NCBI GenBank assembly: GCA_964593365.1
Contig: CAZQGQ010000001.1
Coordinates: 50,153 to 114,152 of the forward strand
DNA length: 64,000 nt
From: an uncultured Candidatus Saccharibacteria bacterium
GTDB lineage: Bacteria > Patescibacteriota > Minisyncoccia > Phycocordibacterales > Phycocordibacteraceae
Direction of reading: 5' to 3'
Positions 1-9,186 of the stretch are shown one piece after another; position 1 is the first letter of the stretch; every line of letters starts with the position of its first letter. Position numbers and translations under genes: made by a program. The notes under the pieces were generated by a model. That model saw only the letters and a program-made list of their open reading frames with translations, did no database searches and had not been told where the DNA came from.

Positions 1-3000
1 TTCAAGCTCGTTGTCTCCGTCGCTCGTTGAGACGTAGTTCCAGCCTGACTGCGCGAGCTCGCCTGCGGTGTACGCGCCGTACGGTACGTCGGTGAACGTG
101 ACGCAGCCGTTTTGGCCTGTGACACCTGCGTATCCTTCAGAGAGGCTTACGGCAAGTGTTCCACTGTTGTCTGCATACCAGCTTTCGTTTGCGGTCGTTC
201 CCGATCCGTCGAAGACGCGGAAGTTAGCCGTGCCATCCGCTGCTTGCGTGAATGACTGGGCGTACGCATGAGCTGGTGAGTACGGGCTCCAATCACTATT
301 AGGATCGAACGCCTCGTTGATCTGCAGTTCGAGGATATCGGTCTGGTAGGTCGTGTAACCGTCCATCCAGGTCGTCCATCCGTCGGTCGTCGAGTACTCG
401 GCGTCTACGATGTTTGCTCCCCACTGGTTGGTCCAGGTGCCAAGCGCTGAAGCGATGTAGGACATCCCTCCTTCAAGCGAGTTGACGGTGTCTATTCCAG
501 CGACGTTAGTCGAAGGAACCACAAGGTCCTCGATGTGAGTGCCTGCAAGCGTGAGCGTCCAGCCTGAGAGTGGCTCCTCGTTCTCGTTCACCTTACACAT
601 GGTGACTGTTGAGAATTGTGCCGGCGGCATGACGCACTCGTTTTCATTGACCGTGAGCTTGTAGAGAAGACCCGCTGGGTTGGTTTCCGGCGTGTTCTCC
701 GTTTCATGGTCCATGTTCGTCACCTCGAAGGTAATCGTGTTGGTTCCGTTTATAAGGACGGAAGCCGGAACAGCACAGTCGGTGGTGTCTCCGTAGTTGA
801 ATTCCCCATCGTCGTCACAGACCGTCTGGTTGTTCACTTTGACGACGTAGCTGTTGTCAGCGGCGAGCTCGAGCGTTGAATCAAGCGGCGTGCCGATGAT
901 CTCGAAGGTGCGGGTGAAGGTTTCGGTCGTTCCGTCTGCAGCGTCCTCGTTTGAGGTTCCTGCATCCTTCCAGATCCAGAGCGCATCTACTGCGTCTACC
1001 CAAGAAGTGTGGAGGAATTCTCCGACGATTGAAGCAGGACCGTCCTCATCTTCAGTGAGGAGTTCTCCCTCTTCGCTGTCGCTTGAGAGAAGAATGTTCG
1101 ATGCGCTGACGTCGCAGGCACCACCCTCATCAATCGGTGCGTTAAATGCCACACAGTAGTAGGTCTCGTCTTCTGTTCCATCAATCCATACCCAGTTGTC
1201 GTAATGAAGGACGTCAGTCGAGCAGTAGAACTCAGCAGATACTGGCTGATCGGTAACCTGTCCCGTGAACGGGATGTAGCCTTCCTTCAATACTTCGCGG
1301 ACGCGGATGTTTGCGTCTACGGGAACTTCGGTAGAAACCGTTCCTGTTTCATCAGTGGTGAAGGTTGCCCACGGAGCTTCAAGCGGCGTGGAACCGTTAT
1401 CCTCTGGATCCCCTGTTGCGTCTGTTGCCCACTGGAAATCCCAGTTAGGTGCAAGGTAGCAGCTCTCGTTTTCCTCGAGGAAGTCAGCTGCGGTGTCGGC
1501 GGTGATTTCAGATACGACGCCTCCTGCTCCCCAGTTTGGAAGCATTTCTTCTGTGGGGCAGACGATCTTCGTTGCAACAAGCGTTGCGGTTTCTGGAGGC
1601 GCTTCGCATGACAAGCTTGCGTTGTCGACGAAGGTTCCAAAGGAGTCATTCGTTGATCCTGCATCGCGGAAGGTGATTTCCGTTGCGTAGGAGTCTGCAA
1701 TAAAGCTGTAGGTGTGCGCAGTCCACTCGGTCTGTGCGCCGGTAGCAGCCAAGGGGCCTACCGTGCCAATGACGTCATCGTTTGCGAGCACCTCTACCTT
1801 GTTCTCCCCCGCTGCTGTTCCTGGGCGTGGTGAGAAGTCGAAGGTGAGCGTGTATGACTCGCCAGGAACGGTTGGAACGGTCTGTGAGATAGCGATCTGG
1901 CTTGCTTCACCAGATTGTCCACTCGTAGGTCCGCCCCAGTCAGTATCAAGTTCGGTCCACTGGTCTCCGGTTGCTCCGTTAAGCGTTGAAGCGGTCCAGC
2001 CGTTTAGGCCAGACTCCTGCACTTCAAGATTCGCAACGTCAGGACGTCCGAGAGCCGGTACGCCAAGCCACTGCGCAATCCAATCGATGGTGCCGGACTG
2101 GAAGATGTCCCACTGTGCGCCTGCGGTGACGTCTACGTTTTCGAAGTCGCCGTTAGCAAGGAGTTCTTCGCCGGTTTCGCAAACGGCAGTTCCTTCACAG
2201 CTGTCGACATGGAGCGAGACCACAACGTCGTTGTAGTCTTCGTCTCCTGCGGCAAATACGAGGTCTTCGAATGCGATGGCGTACTCGTTGTCGGCGATGT
2301 TGTATGAGAGCGCATGCGCTTCCCCACCGAAGTTCATCGAGTCGTCCGTTGCGAAGTAGGTGTATACCGATCCGTCCCAGTCAGCGATAGCGAAGACGAT
2401 GTCGTTAACCACTGCTGTTGAGAACGATGCTGAGTTTCCAACTGAAAGTTCGGGAACAGCGGCATACGGAGCTCCGACGGTTCCTTCGCGGAAGACCGGC
2501 GTGAAGCTTCCACCGTTAAGGTAGTAACCAAACACGTGAGTATGTGCGGAGTTGGAATCCTGGCTGAGGTTTTCGACAGTGAAGTCGACAGAGTTTCCCG
2601 TGCCGCTCCATGACTGGAAGTTTTCCTGTTCGGTCGCTGCATCAGGAGCGTTAGCTCCGTACTCACCATCAAGGAGTTCCTGAAGCGTCTCTTCTGCTTC
2701 TGGAGTTACGCCGATAACAACTGTTTCGTCAGATGCCTCTGGAACGATACAGGTGTTTACGGGGTCAGTGTCTACCACTGGCGGCTCGCCGCAGTTGCTA
2801 CCGTCTACCGTGAGGCGGAAAATAAGGCCTGCTGGGTTGTTTTGCGGGTTGGCGTCTCCTCCTTTGTTGAAGACGGTAATCTCAAGCGTGTTGGTTCCTG
2901 CAATAAGACCAGTAACCGGGATGGTGGTGGTTGGGTTGAAGGTATTCCCTGGGTTAGCAAGTTCGTTAGTTCCCTGCTGAACGGTGTTTACCTTAACCAA

Positions 3001-3360
3001 GTATCCGTTATCAGATGCGAGCGTGAGTGTTGCAGATGCGGGCAATTCTTGAAGAGAGAACGTTTTTGTGAAAACTTGCGTTTCATCGACTGACGAATCG
3101 ACGACCGGGTTGTCGCCCCAGATCCAAGCAGCAGCTGGCTCAAGATCATGGTTCCAGTTCGGATGGACGAAGGTGAGTTCGTCAGCTGGCTGGCCGTCCT
3201 CTAGTGTTGTGTCGTCACTTACGATGACGCACTGCTCAGGCGCTTCTTGGGCCTGCACTGGGGTCACGTTGGTGAAGTATCCTCCTACGAGCGAAATCGC
3301 AAGTAATAGAGCAACACTGCGCCTTGCTGTAGCGCGTGACCAGAAAGAAATAATATTCAT
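1..3360 (-). CDS. Large secreted modular surface protein (3' end beyond window): two beta-sandwich/lectin-like repeats, DUF4114-like motif, DUF642/CBM-like domain, SpaA/Cna-B-like domains
   Basis: Not in the ORF track because it has no stop in the window. Hand translation from ATG 3360 gives signal peptide MNIISFWSRATARRSVALLLAISLVGG, AAWIWG...NPAGLIF (second copy LWIWK...NPAGLLY near 660-1000), IAFEDL..GDEDYNDVVV, NGDFE...WTELDTD...ISQTVPTVPGESYTLTF, and GCVTFTDVPYGAYTAGELAQSGW. Domain names are from motif recall. Confidence 0.85.
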   Translation of the reverse strand, partial: MNIISFWSRATARRSVALLLAISLVGGYFTNVTPVQAQEAPEQCVIVSDDTTLEDGQPADELTFVHPNWNHDLEPAAAWIWGDNPVVDSSVDETQVFTKTFSLQELPASATLTLASDNGYLVKVNTVQQGTNELANPGNTFNPTTTIPVTGLIAGTNTLEITVFNKGGDANPQNNPAGLIFRLTVDGSNCGEPPVVDTDPVNTCIVPEASDETVVIGVTPEAEETLQELLDGEYGANAPDAATEQENFQSWSGTGNSVDFTVENLSQDSNSAHTHVFGYYLNGGSFTPVFREGTVGAPYAAVPELSVGNSASFSTAVVNDIVFAIADWDGSVYTYFATDDSMNFGGEAHALSYNIADNEYAIAFEDLVFAAGDEDYNDVVVSLHVDSCEGTAVCETGEELLANGDFENVDVTAGAQWDIFQSGTIDWIAQWLGVPALGRPDVANLEVQESGLNGWTASTLNGATGDQWTELDTDWGGPTSGQSGEASQIAISQTVPTVPGESYTLTFDFSPRPGTAAGENKVEVLANDDVIGTVGPLAATGAQTEWTAHTYSFIADSYATEITFRDAGSTNDSFGTFVDNASLSCEAPPETATLVATKIVCPTEEMLPNWGAGGVVSEITADTAADFLEENESCYLAPNWDFQWATDATGDPEDNGSTPLEAPWATFTTDETGTVSTEVPVDANIRVREVLKEGYIPFTGQVTDQPVSAEFYCSTDVLHYDNWVWIDGTEDETYYCVAFNAPIDEGGACDVSASNILLSSDSEEGELLTEDEDGPASIVGEFLHTSWVDAVDALWIWKDAGTSNEDAADGTTETFTRTFEIIGTPLDSTLELAADNSYVVKVNNQTVCDDDGEFNYGDTTDCAVPASVLINGTNTITFEVTNMDHETENTPETNPAGLLYKLTVNENECVMPPAQFSTVTMCKVNENEEPLSGWTLTLAGTHIEDLVVPSTNVAGIDTVNSLEGGMSYIASALGTWTNQWGANIVDAEYSTTDGWTTWMDGYTTYQTDILELQINEAFDPNSDWSPYSPAHAYAQSFTQAADGTANFRVFDGSGTTANESWYADNSGTLAVSLSEGYAGVTGQNGCVTFTDVPYGAYTAGELAQSGWNYVSTSDGDNELE

Positions 3361-3652
3361 GTTTAAGAGGAATTACCGCAGTGCTGTTACGCGCTGCTTT
3401 GTGCACATTTTATTAAAGAGACTTCCACGCCGCATTTTGCCCGCGCGTAGAGCTTATGGAGAAAAAAGGAGGTGCCCCGACGAAGGCTTAGGAACCTATG
3501 GTCGGAGATCGTTCTCTCTTCCGCACAAGGTACGAGCTTATGAGTACTCTATCCCTACCAGGAGGTATGTCAATAGAAGGACACATTCTTCGTCTTCAGG
3601 CAATACTCATGTTGCACACTGATAGAATGCTCACAATGAAGGTACATTTCGC

Positions 3653-4444
3653 ATGAAGATAGTTTCGTGGAACGTAAACGGCATCCGGGCAGTGCACCGA
3701 AAGGAGCTGTTCTTGCCCTTTATGAAACAGGTGAAGCCTGATGTTCTCTGCCTCCAGGAAACCAAGGCTCAGCAGCATCAGTCTGAAATCGACCTCCCAG
3801 GCTACGAGGAATACTGGTGCTCGGCAGATAAGAAGGGATATAGCGGAACGGCCATTTTCACCAAGACCGTCCCAAATAACGTTATTTTTGGCCTTCCTAC
3901 GGACATAGCCGATAAATACGGGCTCTCGAGGGACGGGTACGGAGACCCTAATAAGGAGGGCCGGGTCATCGCTGCTGACCTTGAACAGTTCTACGTAGTC
4001 TCCGTCTATACCCCTAACGCTAAGGACGATCTCTCTCGTCTTCCCCTTCGGCACAAGCAATGGGACCCTGCTTTTCTTGAGTACATGAAACGCCTCGAGG
4101 AAGAAAAACCGGTTATCTTCTGCGGGGATTTGAACGTCGCCCATACCCCAGATGACCTTGCCCGCCCCAAGCAAAACGTGGGAGTTAAAGGCTTTACTAA
4201 CGAAGAGCGGGAAGGAATACAGGGCATGATAGAGGCTGGATTTGTTGATACCTTCCGCATCTTTACTCAAGGTAACGGCCACTATAGTTGGTGGAGTCAT
4301 TTTGCACAGGCGCGAGAACGAAACGTTGGCTGGCGTATTGATTACATTTTCGTATCCGAAAAACTAGCATCAAAGGTTAAGAAAGCTGAGATACATCCAG
4401 ACATATTCGGCTCTGACCACTGCCCTGTCTCCATAACCTTATAA
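3653..4444 (+). CDS. xth: Exodeoxyribonuclease III (AP endonuclease)
   Basis: MKIVSWNVNGIRA, LQETK, GDLNVAH, GWRIDY, GSDHCP motifs. Confidence 0.97.
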   Translation: MKIVSWNVNGIRAVHRKELFLPFMKQVKPDVLCLQETKAQQHQSEIDLPGYEEYWCSADKKGYSGTAIFTKTVPNNVIFGLPTDIADKYGLSRDGYGDPNKEGRVIAADLEQFYVVSVYTPNAKDDLSRLPLRHKQWDPAFLEYMKRLEEEKPVIFCGDLNVAHTPDDLARPKQNVGVKGFTNEEREGIQGMIEAGFVDTFRIFTQGNGHYSWWSHFAQARERNVGWRIDYIFVSEKLASKVKKAEIHPDIFGSDHCPVSITL

Positions 4445-4459
4445 AGGACATATAGGACA

Positions 4460-4468
4460 TTATCCACA
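4460..4468 (+). promoter_or_regulatory. Perfect DnaA box TTATCCACA inside a 12-bp inverted repeat
   Basis: TTATCCACA at 4460-4468; TTATAAAGGACA 4439-4450 and TGTCCTTTATAA 4485-4496. Confidence 0.5.
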
Positions 4469-4510
4469 GACAGCGTAGGTTGTTTGTCCTTTATAACGTA
4501 TGATAGATCC

Positions 4511-4770
4511 TAGACCCGCGGCGGCAGAACTCTTAGGAGCTGTCCGTGGTTACGGCACAGTTCTTTGAGAGCTCTTTCATCATCGCGTCTAACGCTAAGC
4601 TTTTCCCTTCAACGTAACCGGGGCGTATCCCCTGAAATATTCTGGAAGCGGAAATTGCATGCGAGACGGCGCAGAAAACAATAAAAGCCGCCAAGCTGCC
4701 CACTCCTGGAAACTACCCAATCATTTGCCCGCTCACTATTTGGTTTCCAACTAAGCAAGGCGGCTTTTTT
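4511..4770 (+). ncRNA. Candidate structured non-coding RNA, family unidentified
   Basis: TATGAT -10-like box at 4499-4504, long hairpin 4530-4571, extended stem 4683-4768 ending in a T-run; no ORF of 60 aa or more. Confidence 0.3.
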
Positions 4771-4817
4771 ATACCTGAAATAGACGAAAAACCTATATTA
4801 TACAACGTATAAATGGA

Positions 4818-5715
4818 CGTTTCACACGAAACCCCCTAGCAAACGTGGTGCTTTTCAAGAATCTTCTGTAATTCTGCCTCCTCTGCGTCTTCTCGCTTCT
4901 TCTTGCCTGACTCCCCTAGAGTCTTAAGTTCTCCTTCCGGAAGGGTAAGCAGTGCCTGAGTTCTTTCGTCTAGGTATTTCTCGGTATTCTTCTTCGGGTC
5001 TTCAAGGACCTCTTCAAGGAGGGCGTTTAGTACGAAGCCTATGCTTGGACCTGGTTTCACGTGAAAGACCTCCATAAGCCTGGTGCCGTCAGTCTTAAGC
5101 ATGCTGACTGATATCGGGTCCCTAAGCGCTTCCTCAACCATTGCCTTGTACTTGCGGAAACGGAAAGGCTGCTCTTTAGGACGCCCCGTCCCTATACGGT
5201 CGCAAATGCGGAGGTTCAATAGATCCCATATATTCTCTTCTCCTACGTTTCGTATGATCCTTCGAACAGCAGACAAAGTTATCTGATCCGGGTCAGAGAA
5301 GAACATATGCCAGCGGACAAGCTTTACTACCTTATCTATCGTTTCACGTGAAAACCTCAGGTCTTTAAGGGCTTTTTCGGCTACACGGGCTCCGACGACC
5401 TCATGGCCATGGAACGTCCAGTCCTTCTTCTCTTCAGACCAGCGTCTGGTTTCAGGTTTAGAGACGTCGTGGAACAGGGCAGCGAGGCGTATATCAAAAT
5501 CCCATTCCTTATCGGCTGCGTGCTGCATGGAACGCATAAGATGTCCGAATACGTCATAGCTATGTGCCTGGTTCTGATCTATCCCGATGCCTCGCGTAAG
5601 GTCAGGGGCGATGTACTCAAGGATGCCTAGTTGCTGGGAAAGGGTAAGGGCCATCATCGGCTGTTCAGACTGGAGGATCCTGGAGAACTCATCCCGGATT
5701 CTTTCACGTGAAACG
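4818..5715. promoter_or_regulatory. Cluster of parS-like palindromes (ParB-binding sites)
   Basis: Perfect TTTCACGTGAAA cores at 5055-5066, 5342-5353 and 5702-5713, plus degenerate GTTTCACACGAAAC at 4819-4832; consensus TGTTTCACGTGAAACA. Confidence 0.8.
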
Positions 5716-6299
5716 TGGGTCAAATTATGGCCTTTTTGCTGTATTGCAGCCGCTGTATCCGTATCTAGGGCAAAATTGAGCTCTGCGACCAAGCGGACAG
5801 CCCGCATGAGGCGAAGAGCATCTTCCTCGAACCTCTCCTCAGGGACACCGACGGTTCGAAGCACCCGAAGCTCAATGTCCTTTTGTCCTTTATAAGGATC
5901 TACGAGTTGTCCTTTAGAATCATCAAGGGCGATTGCGTTAATCGTAAAGTCACGGCGTGCCAGATCTTCTTCCAAACTCTCTCCAAAGGAAACGGCGTCA
6001 GGACGACGCTTGTCGGAATACCCGGTCTCAGTTCGATAGGGAGTTACCTCAACGATCGCGACGGTTGGGTCCTCTGACCCAGTCTTTACCCCGACAGTGC
6101 CGAAGTCATTTTCATAAAAAGAGTCAGGGAATACGCGCTGGATATCAGCTGGTTTTGCGTTAGTCGTGACGTCCCAGTCCTTTGGTTTCCTGCCAAGGAG
6201 GATATCTCGAACGCATCCGCCGACAAGATATGCCTCGAACCCTTCGCTTCGAAGACTCGCTGCAACTACGGTCACTTCTTGGGGAACGGAAAAGCTCAT
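4836..6299 (-). CDS. cca: CCA-adding tRNA nucleotidyltransferase with HD domain
   Basis: YLVGGCVRD, DWDVTT, DLARRDFTINA, EDALRLMRA, LFHDVSK. Confidence 0.93.
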   Translation of the reverse strand: MSFSVPQEVTVVAASLRSEGFEAYLVGGCVRDILLGRKPKDWDVTTNAKPADIQRVFPDSFYENDFGTVGVKTGSEDPTVAIVEVTPYRTETGYSDKRRPDAVSFGESLEEDLARRDFTINAIALDDSKGQLVDPYKGQKDIELRVLRTVGVPEERFEEDALRLMRAVRLVAELNFALDTDTAAAIQQKGHNLTHVSRERIRDEFSRILQSEQPMMALTLSQQLGILEYIAPDLTRGIGIDQNQAHSYDVFGHLMRSMQHAADKEWDFDIRLAALFHDVSKPETRRWSEEKKDWTFHGHEVVGARVAEKALKDLRFSRETIDKVVKLVRWHMFFSDPDQITLSAVRRIIRNVGEENIWDLLNLRICDRIGTGRPKEQPFRFRKYKAMVEEALRDPISVSMLKTDGTRLMEVFHVKPGPSIGFVLNALLEEVLEDPKKNTEKYLDERTQALLTLPEGELKTLGESGKKKREDAEEAELQKILEKHHVC

Positions 6300-6358
6300 A
6301 GGTAAAATACTAGTATGCAGGTAGCCAATCTCCTAGGGTTCGCGTAGTATTTCAGTAC

Positions 6359-6430
6359 GCTCCTGTGGTGAAACGGATATCATTACTGTCTTCGGAACAG
6401 TCGTTCCAGGTTCGAGTCCTGGCGGGAGCA
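6359..6430 (+). tRNA. tRNA-Arg(TCG), CCA not encoded
   Basis: Cloverleaf; anticodon arm ACTGT-CT-TCG-GA-ACAGT; T arm GGTTCGAGTCC. Confidence 0.93.
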
Positions 6431-6476
6431 CAAGCGAATTGAAGAAACGAAAAGAGTGTGCGACCATAGAGTTCGC

Positions 6477-6550
6477 GCGGATATGGTTTAGTGGTAAAAC
6501 GGGTCCTTGCCAAGGACCAGTCGGGAGTTCGATTCTCCCTATCCGCACCA
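6477..6550 (+). tRNA. tRNA-Gly(GCC)
   Basis: Anticodon arm GGTCC-TT-GCC-AA-GGACC; GTTCGATTC; ends in CCA. Confidence 0.95.
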
Positions 6551-6556
6551 GTCAGG

Positions 6557-6582
6557 AAAGCGGCCCCATAAGGGCCGTTTTT
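6557..6582 (+). terminator. Intrinsic terminator after the tRNA pair
   Basis: GCGGCCC-cataa-GGGCCGT followed by T-run. Confidence 0.65.
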
Positions 6583-6741
6583 CCGTTCATTAGGACCTGT
6601 GTATAAAGGTGTTGGCAGTGGGGATAAAAGACAAAAGTCACTCTCGGTCAATTTCCGTTAGTCCGAGAAATACCCATATAACAGGCCGTACTCTTCAAGG
6701 TCGGAGCACTCATTTGTTTTTCACGAAAAGACACTCTCAAT

Positions 6742-6815
6742 TGGTCGGGCCGCCGAGAATCGAACTCGGTCTCTCTGCTCCCAAAGCAGATGTACTACCG
6801 GTATACTACGGCCCG
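6742..6815 (-). tRNA. tRNA-Pro(TGG)
   Basis: Reverse complement CGGGCCGTAG...TCTGC-TT-TGG-GA-GCAGA...GTTCGATTC...GGCCCGACCA. Confidence 0.95.
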
Positions 6816-6845
6816 CTTCAGGGCATCCTAGCACAAACTTTCGCT

Positions 6846-8054
6846 TTATTCCGCCTCTGCAATCGCTTCTTCGAGGATATCGAGAAGATCTGATGCGCGG
6901 CCGCGGAAGTTCGCGACGAGTGTTGGTGTGTTTCCCTTGAGATAGGCATCAAGGTCGCTGTTCATGTCAGCGCGGAAGCTGCGGCGCACATGATCCATGG
7001 TGAGTGCCTGCAGTTCGCGAAGGGAAAGATCCGGTTTCACGCTTCGGGTCGAGATAAGTCCGATAAGGCGTCGGTTCTCGTTTATGACAGCGCCTCCGGA
7101 GGATCCTTCCTGGGCTGCAGGGCCCGCCTTGACCGAGAAGATATCGGTGCGGTTCCCGCCGAAGGTATATACGTCGTTTACGGGGGCGAAGCTTATTGTC
7201 GGATAGAGGGATGAGCGTACCTGGGAGCTCGTCAGGAACTCAGCGGCATAGGAGCCAATGCCTACCTGGTCTCCTATCTCTATATCTGTCGCCGAGGAGG
7301 CAAGCGGGATATGGATGAAAGAAGAGGGAACAGAAGACCCTGTCAGGCTTCCGGTGACCGCCACGAAAGCAAAGTCATCCTGGCCGGTGCCGGTGGGACG
7401 AGTCGAAAGGAAAGTACCGGGGTTGTCCTTTATCCAGTCAGAGGAGATGTAGATAAGTTCGGCAGTGTAGGCATTTTTGGCTGGGCTTCCGGTCCGGATA
7501 TAGCAGTGGCCGGCATTCTCTTGCGGGTAGTCGGTCAGAAGGAAGCCTTGCGCGACGTGTGCGACGGTCATGATGATTCCTTTTGAGTCCACCACCACTC
7601 CAGAGCCCGAGCTTCCGCGAAGGCCTCCTCCTTGGACGCAGATGATATTTACGACCGCACCCTTAAGAAGAGCTTCAGTCGTGAGCTTTACATCAACGTT
7701 GGGGACAACCGGCGCTACGGGCGCTGTTGGCGTTACCGGCGCGACTATTTGCGGGGGAGTAGGAACCGGGAGCGGGGTGAAGGGAACCGTCGGGGTTGTC
7801 GTTGGAACCGGCTTAGGTGTTTGGGGAACTGCGGGAGTGACCGTTGCAGTTGAGCTTGCAGCTTCGGCAAGCTCATCGATCAGTATTTCAAACGGGGAGG
7901 GTCCTGGGTCTATCGCTGGAACCACTTCCGCCACTTCTACCGGCGGAATCTCGATCTCAGGAGGAGGTCCTGAGAACTGGTGGTACTGGGTAACCACGGT
8001 CGCCCAGAAGGTAAGGGCGCCCGCGGCTACGATTGAGACGATGTGCTGGAGCAT
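6846..8054 (-). CDS. Membrane-anchored trypsin-like serine protease on a Pro/Thr-rich stalk
   Basis: N-terminal TM, PTTTPTVP linker, triad TVAHV / DFAFV / GSSGG. Confidence 0.85.
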   Translation of the reverse strand: MLQHIVSIVAAGALTFWATVVTQYHQFSGPPPEIEIPPVEVAEVVPAIDPGPSPFEILIDELAEAASSTATVTPAVPQTPKPVPTTTPTVPFTPLPVPTPPQIVAPVTPTAPVAPVVPNVDVKLTTEALLKGAVVNIICVQGGGLRGSSGSGVVVDSKGIIMTVAHVAQGFLLTDYPQENAGHCYIRTGSPAKNAYTAELIYISSDWIKDNPGTFLSTRPTGTGQDDFAFVAVTGSLTGSSVPSSFIHIPLASSATDIEIGDQVGIGSYAAEFLTSSQVRSSLYPTISFAPVNDVYTFGGNRTDIFSVKAGPAAQEGSSGGAVINENRRLIGLISTRSVKPDLSLRELQALTMDHVRRSFRADMNSDLDAYLKGNTPTLVANFRGRASDLLDILEEAIAEAE

Positions 8055-8113
8055 TATTGGTATGCTACGCCAAAGCAGGCAAAAATACAGTGGTATGGTA
8101 TTCTCGCCCTATT

Positions 8114-8184
8114 GCGGGATTAGTTTAATGGTAGAACATCAGTTTTCCAAACTGAGAGCAGGAGTTCGATTCTCCTATCCCGCA
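8114..8184 (+). tRNA. tRNA-Gly(TCC), CCA not encoded
   Basis: Anticodon arm TCAGT-TT-TCC-AA-ACTGA; GTTCGATTC; acceptor GCGGGAT/ATCCCGC. Confidence 0.95.
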
Positions 8185-8194
8185 CCCACTAGTG

Positions 8195-9179
8195 CTAGTT
8201 CAAGAGACTGAGGTGCTTTGTAAGTAACCGGCTTCTCTGAGTTTATGAACGAAGCTATACTTGCTTCATGATCGAACCCTTTCCACAGACTCCGCTGGGG
8301 AGCCCTTCTGAAGGCGTAAAAACTCCGGACTATTGGAAGGAGAATCACCAGTTTGTATATCCTAAAGGACTTTTCGATACGCAGTTCAGGTTTGCAAAAA
8401 TCATGGCAGAACGCGAAGGCGTTTCTGTTATTGAAGCTGTGGAGACATACGCTCCTCTGCTTAATAAAGCGATTCACACGGAAGGGGAAGACAACACACT
8501 TATACCTGGTCTTACAGATGAGAATCTTACTGAGGTAGGATATGCAGAAGTATTGAAGCGCCGCGAAAGCTACGACAAGAAGGGTCTTAAGTATCATGAC
8601 GAGAAAGAAGCTCGTTTCGGTTGTTCTTACTATCGCTACGACGATGCGACAAAAACCATCGCACTGCACTTCTTTAATGCTGAAGCTGAAGAAGAGTTCG
8701 AAGATGGTAAGGATGTATCAAAAGGACCCTTGAGCAAGGAGAGACTCGATCGTCGCAAGGCAGAACTTACAGACATGTTCCGTGACATTAAGGCTAAATA
8801 TCCAGATGCCAAATACGTGAGCGGTAGATCCAATCTCTATAATCTGGAAGCGTATCGACGCCTCTACCCACCTACGTATGAAGTAGGGAACATCGATTAC
8901 AATCCTGAGTTATGGAAAGGCCAAACAGACGTATGGGGTCAATTTCTTGGCGGGCATGACAAAGCTCCAGGTGAATACGGGTTTAAACAAGAACTTGCGG
9001 ATGACTTCTTAGAAAAAGCGAAACAAGTTCCGTTAGATAAGCTTGTTGATGCAACTTCCATGCCGCCACGTACTGCTCACGGCATCATACAGGATTTCTA
9101 CGACTTCTACGGAATTAAATAGCTAGACCGACAAAGTATCCTTCATGTGCCTCGCTCTACCTAGTTCGAGACTGAGGTG
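8195..9179 (+). repeat. Imperfect direct repeat flanking ORF 8268-9122
   Basis: CTAGTTCAAGAGACTGAGGTG 8195-8215 versus CTAGTTC--GAGACTGAGGTG 9161-9179. Confidence 0.6.
8268..9122 (+). CDS. Hypothetical soluble protein
   Basis: 284-aa ORF with TATACT 6 nt upstream of ATG; no family recognised. Confidence 0.75.
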   Translation: MIEPFPQTPLGSPSEGVKTPDYWKENHQFVYPKGLFDTQFRFAKIMAEREGVSVIEAVETYAPLLNKAIHTEGEDNTLIPGLTDENLTEVGYAEVLKRRESYDKKGLKYHDEKEARFGCSYYRYDDATKTIALHFFNAEAEEEFEDGKDVSKGPLSKERLDRRKAELTDMFRDIKAKYPDAKYVSGRSNLYNLEAYRRLYPPTYEVGNIDYNPELWKGQTDVWGQFLGGHDKAPGEYGFKQELADDFLEKAKQVPLDKLVDATSMPPRTAHGIIQDFYDFYGIK

Positions 9180-9186
9180 GGGCACA

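Noticed and set aside
3361-3545. Possible c-di-GMP riboswitch in the surface-protein leader
   Set aside because: Only loose GGCAAA/CAAAG words; the required stems and tetraloop-receptor could not be identified.
68-3622. Many + strand ORFs (up to 184 aa) and short off-frame - strand ORFs
   Set aside because: They are shadows of the long minus-strand surface-protein gene, with Ser/Val-rich antisense composition.
4439-4835. Calling this gap oriC
   Set aside because: Only one perfect DnaA box, no dnaA/dnaN nearby and no clear unwinding element.
6333-6893. ORFs of 71, 99 and 94 aa
   Set aside because: They overlap tRNA genes and are typical tRNA shadow ORFs.
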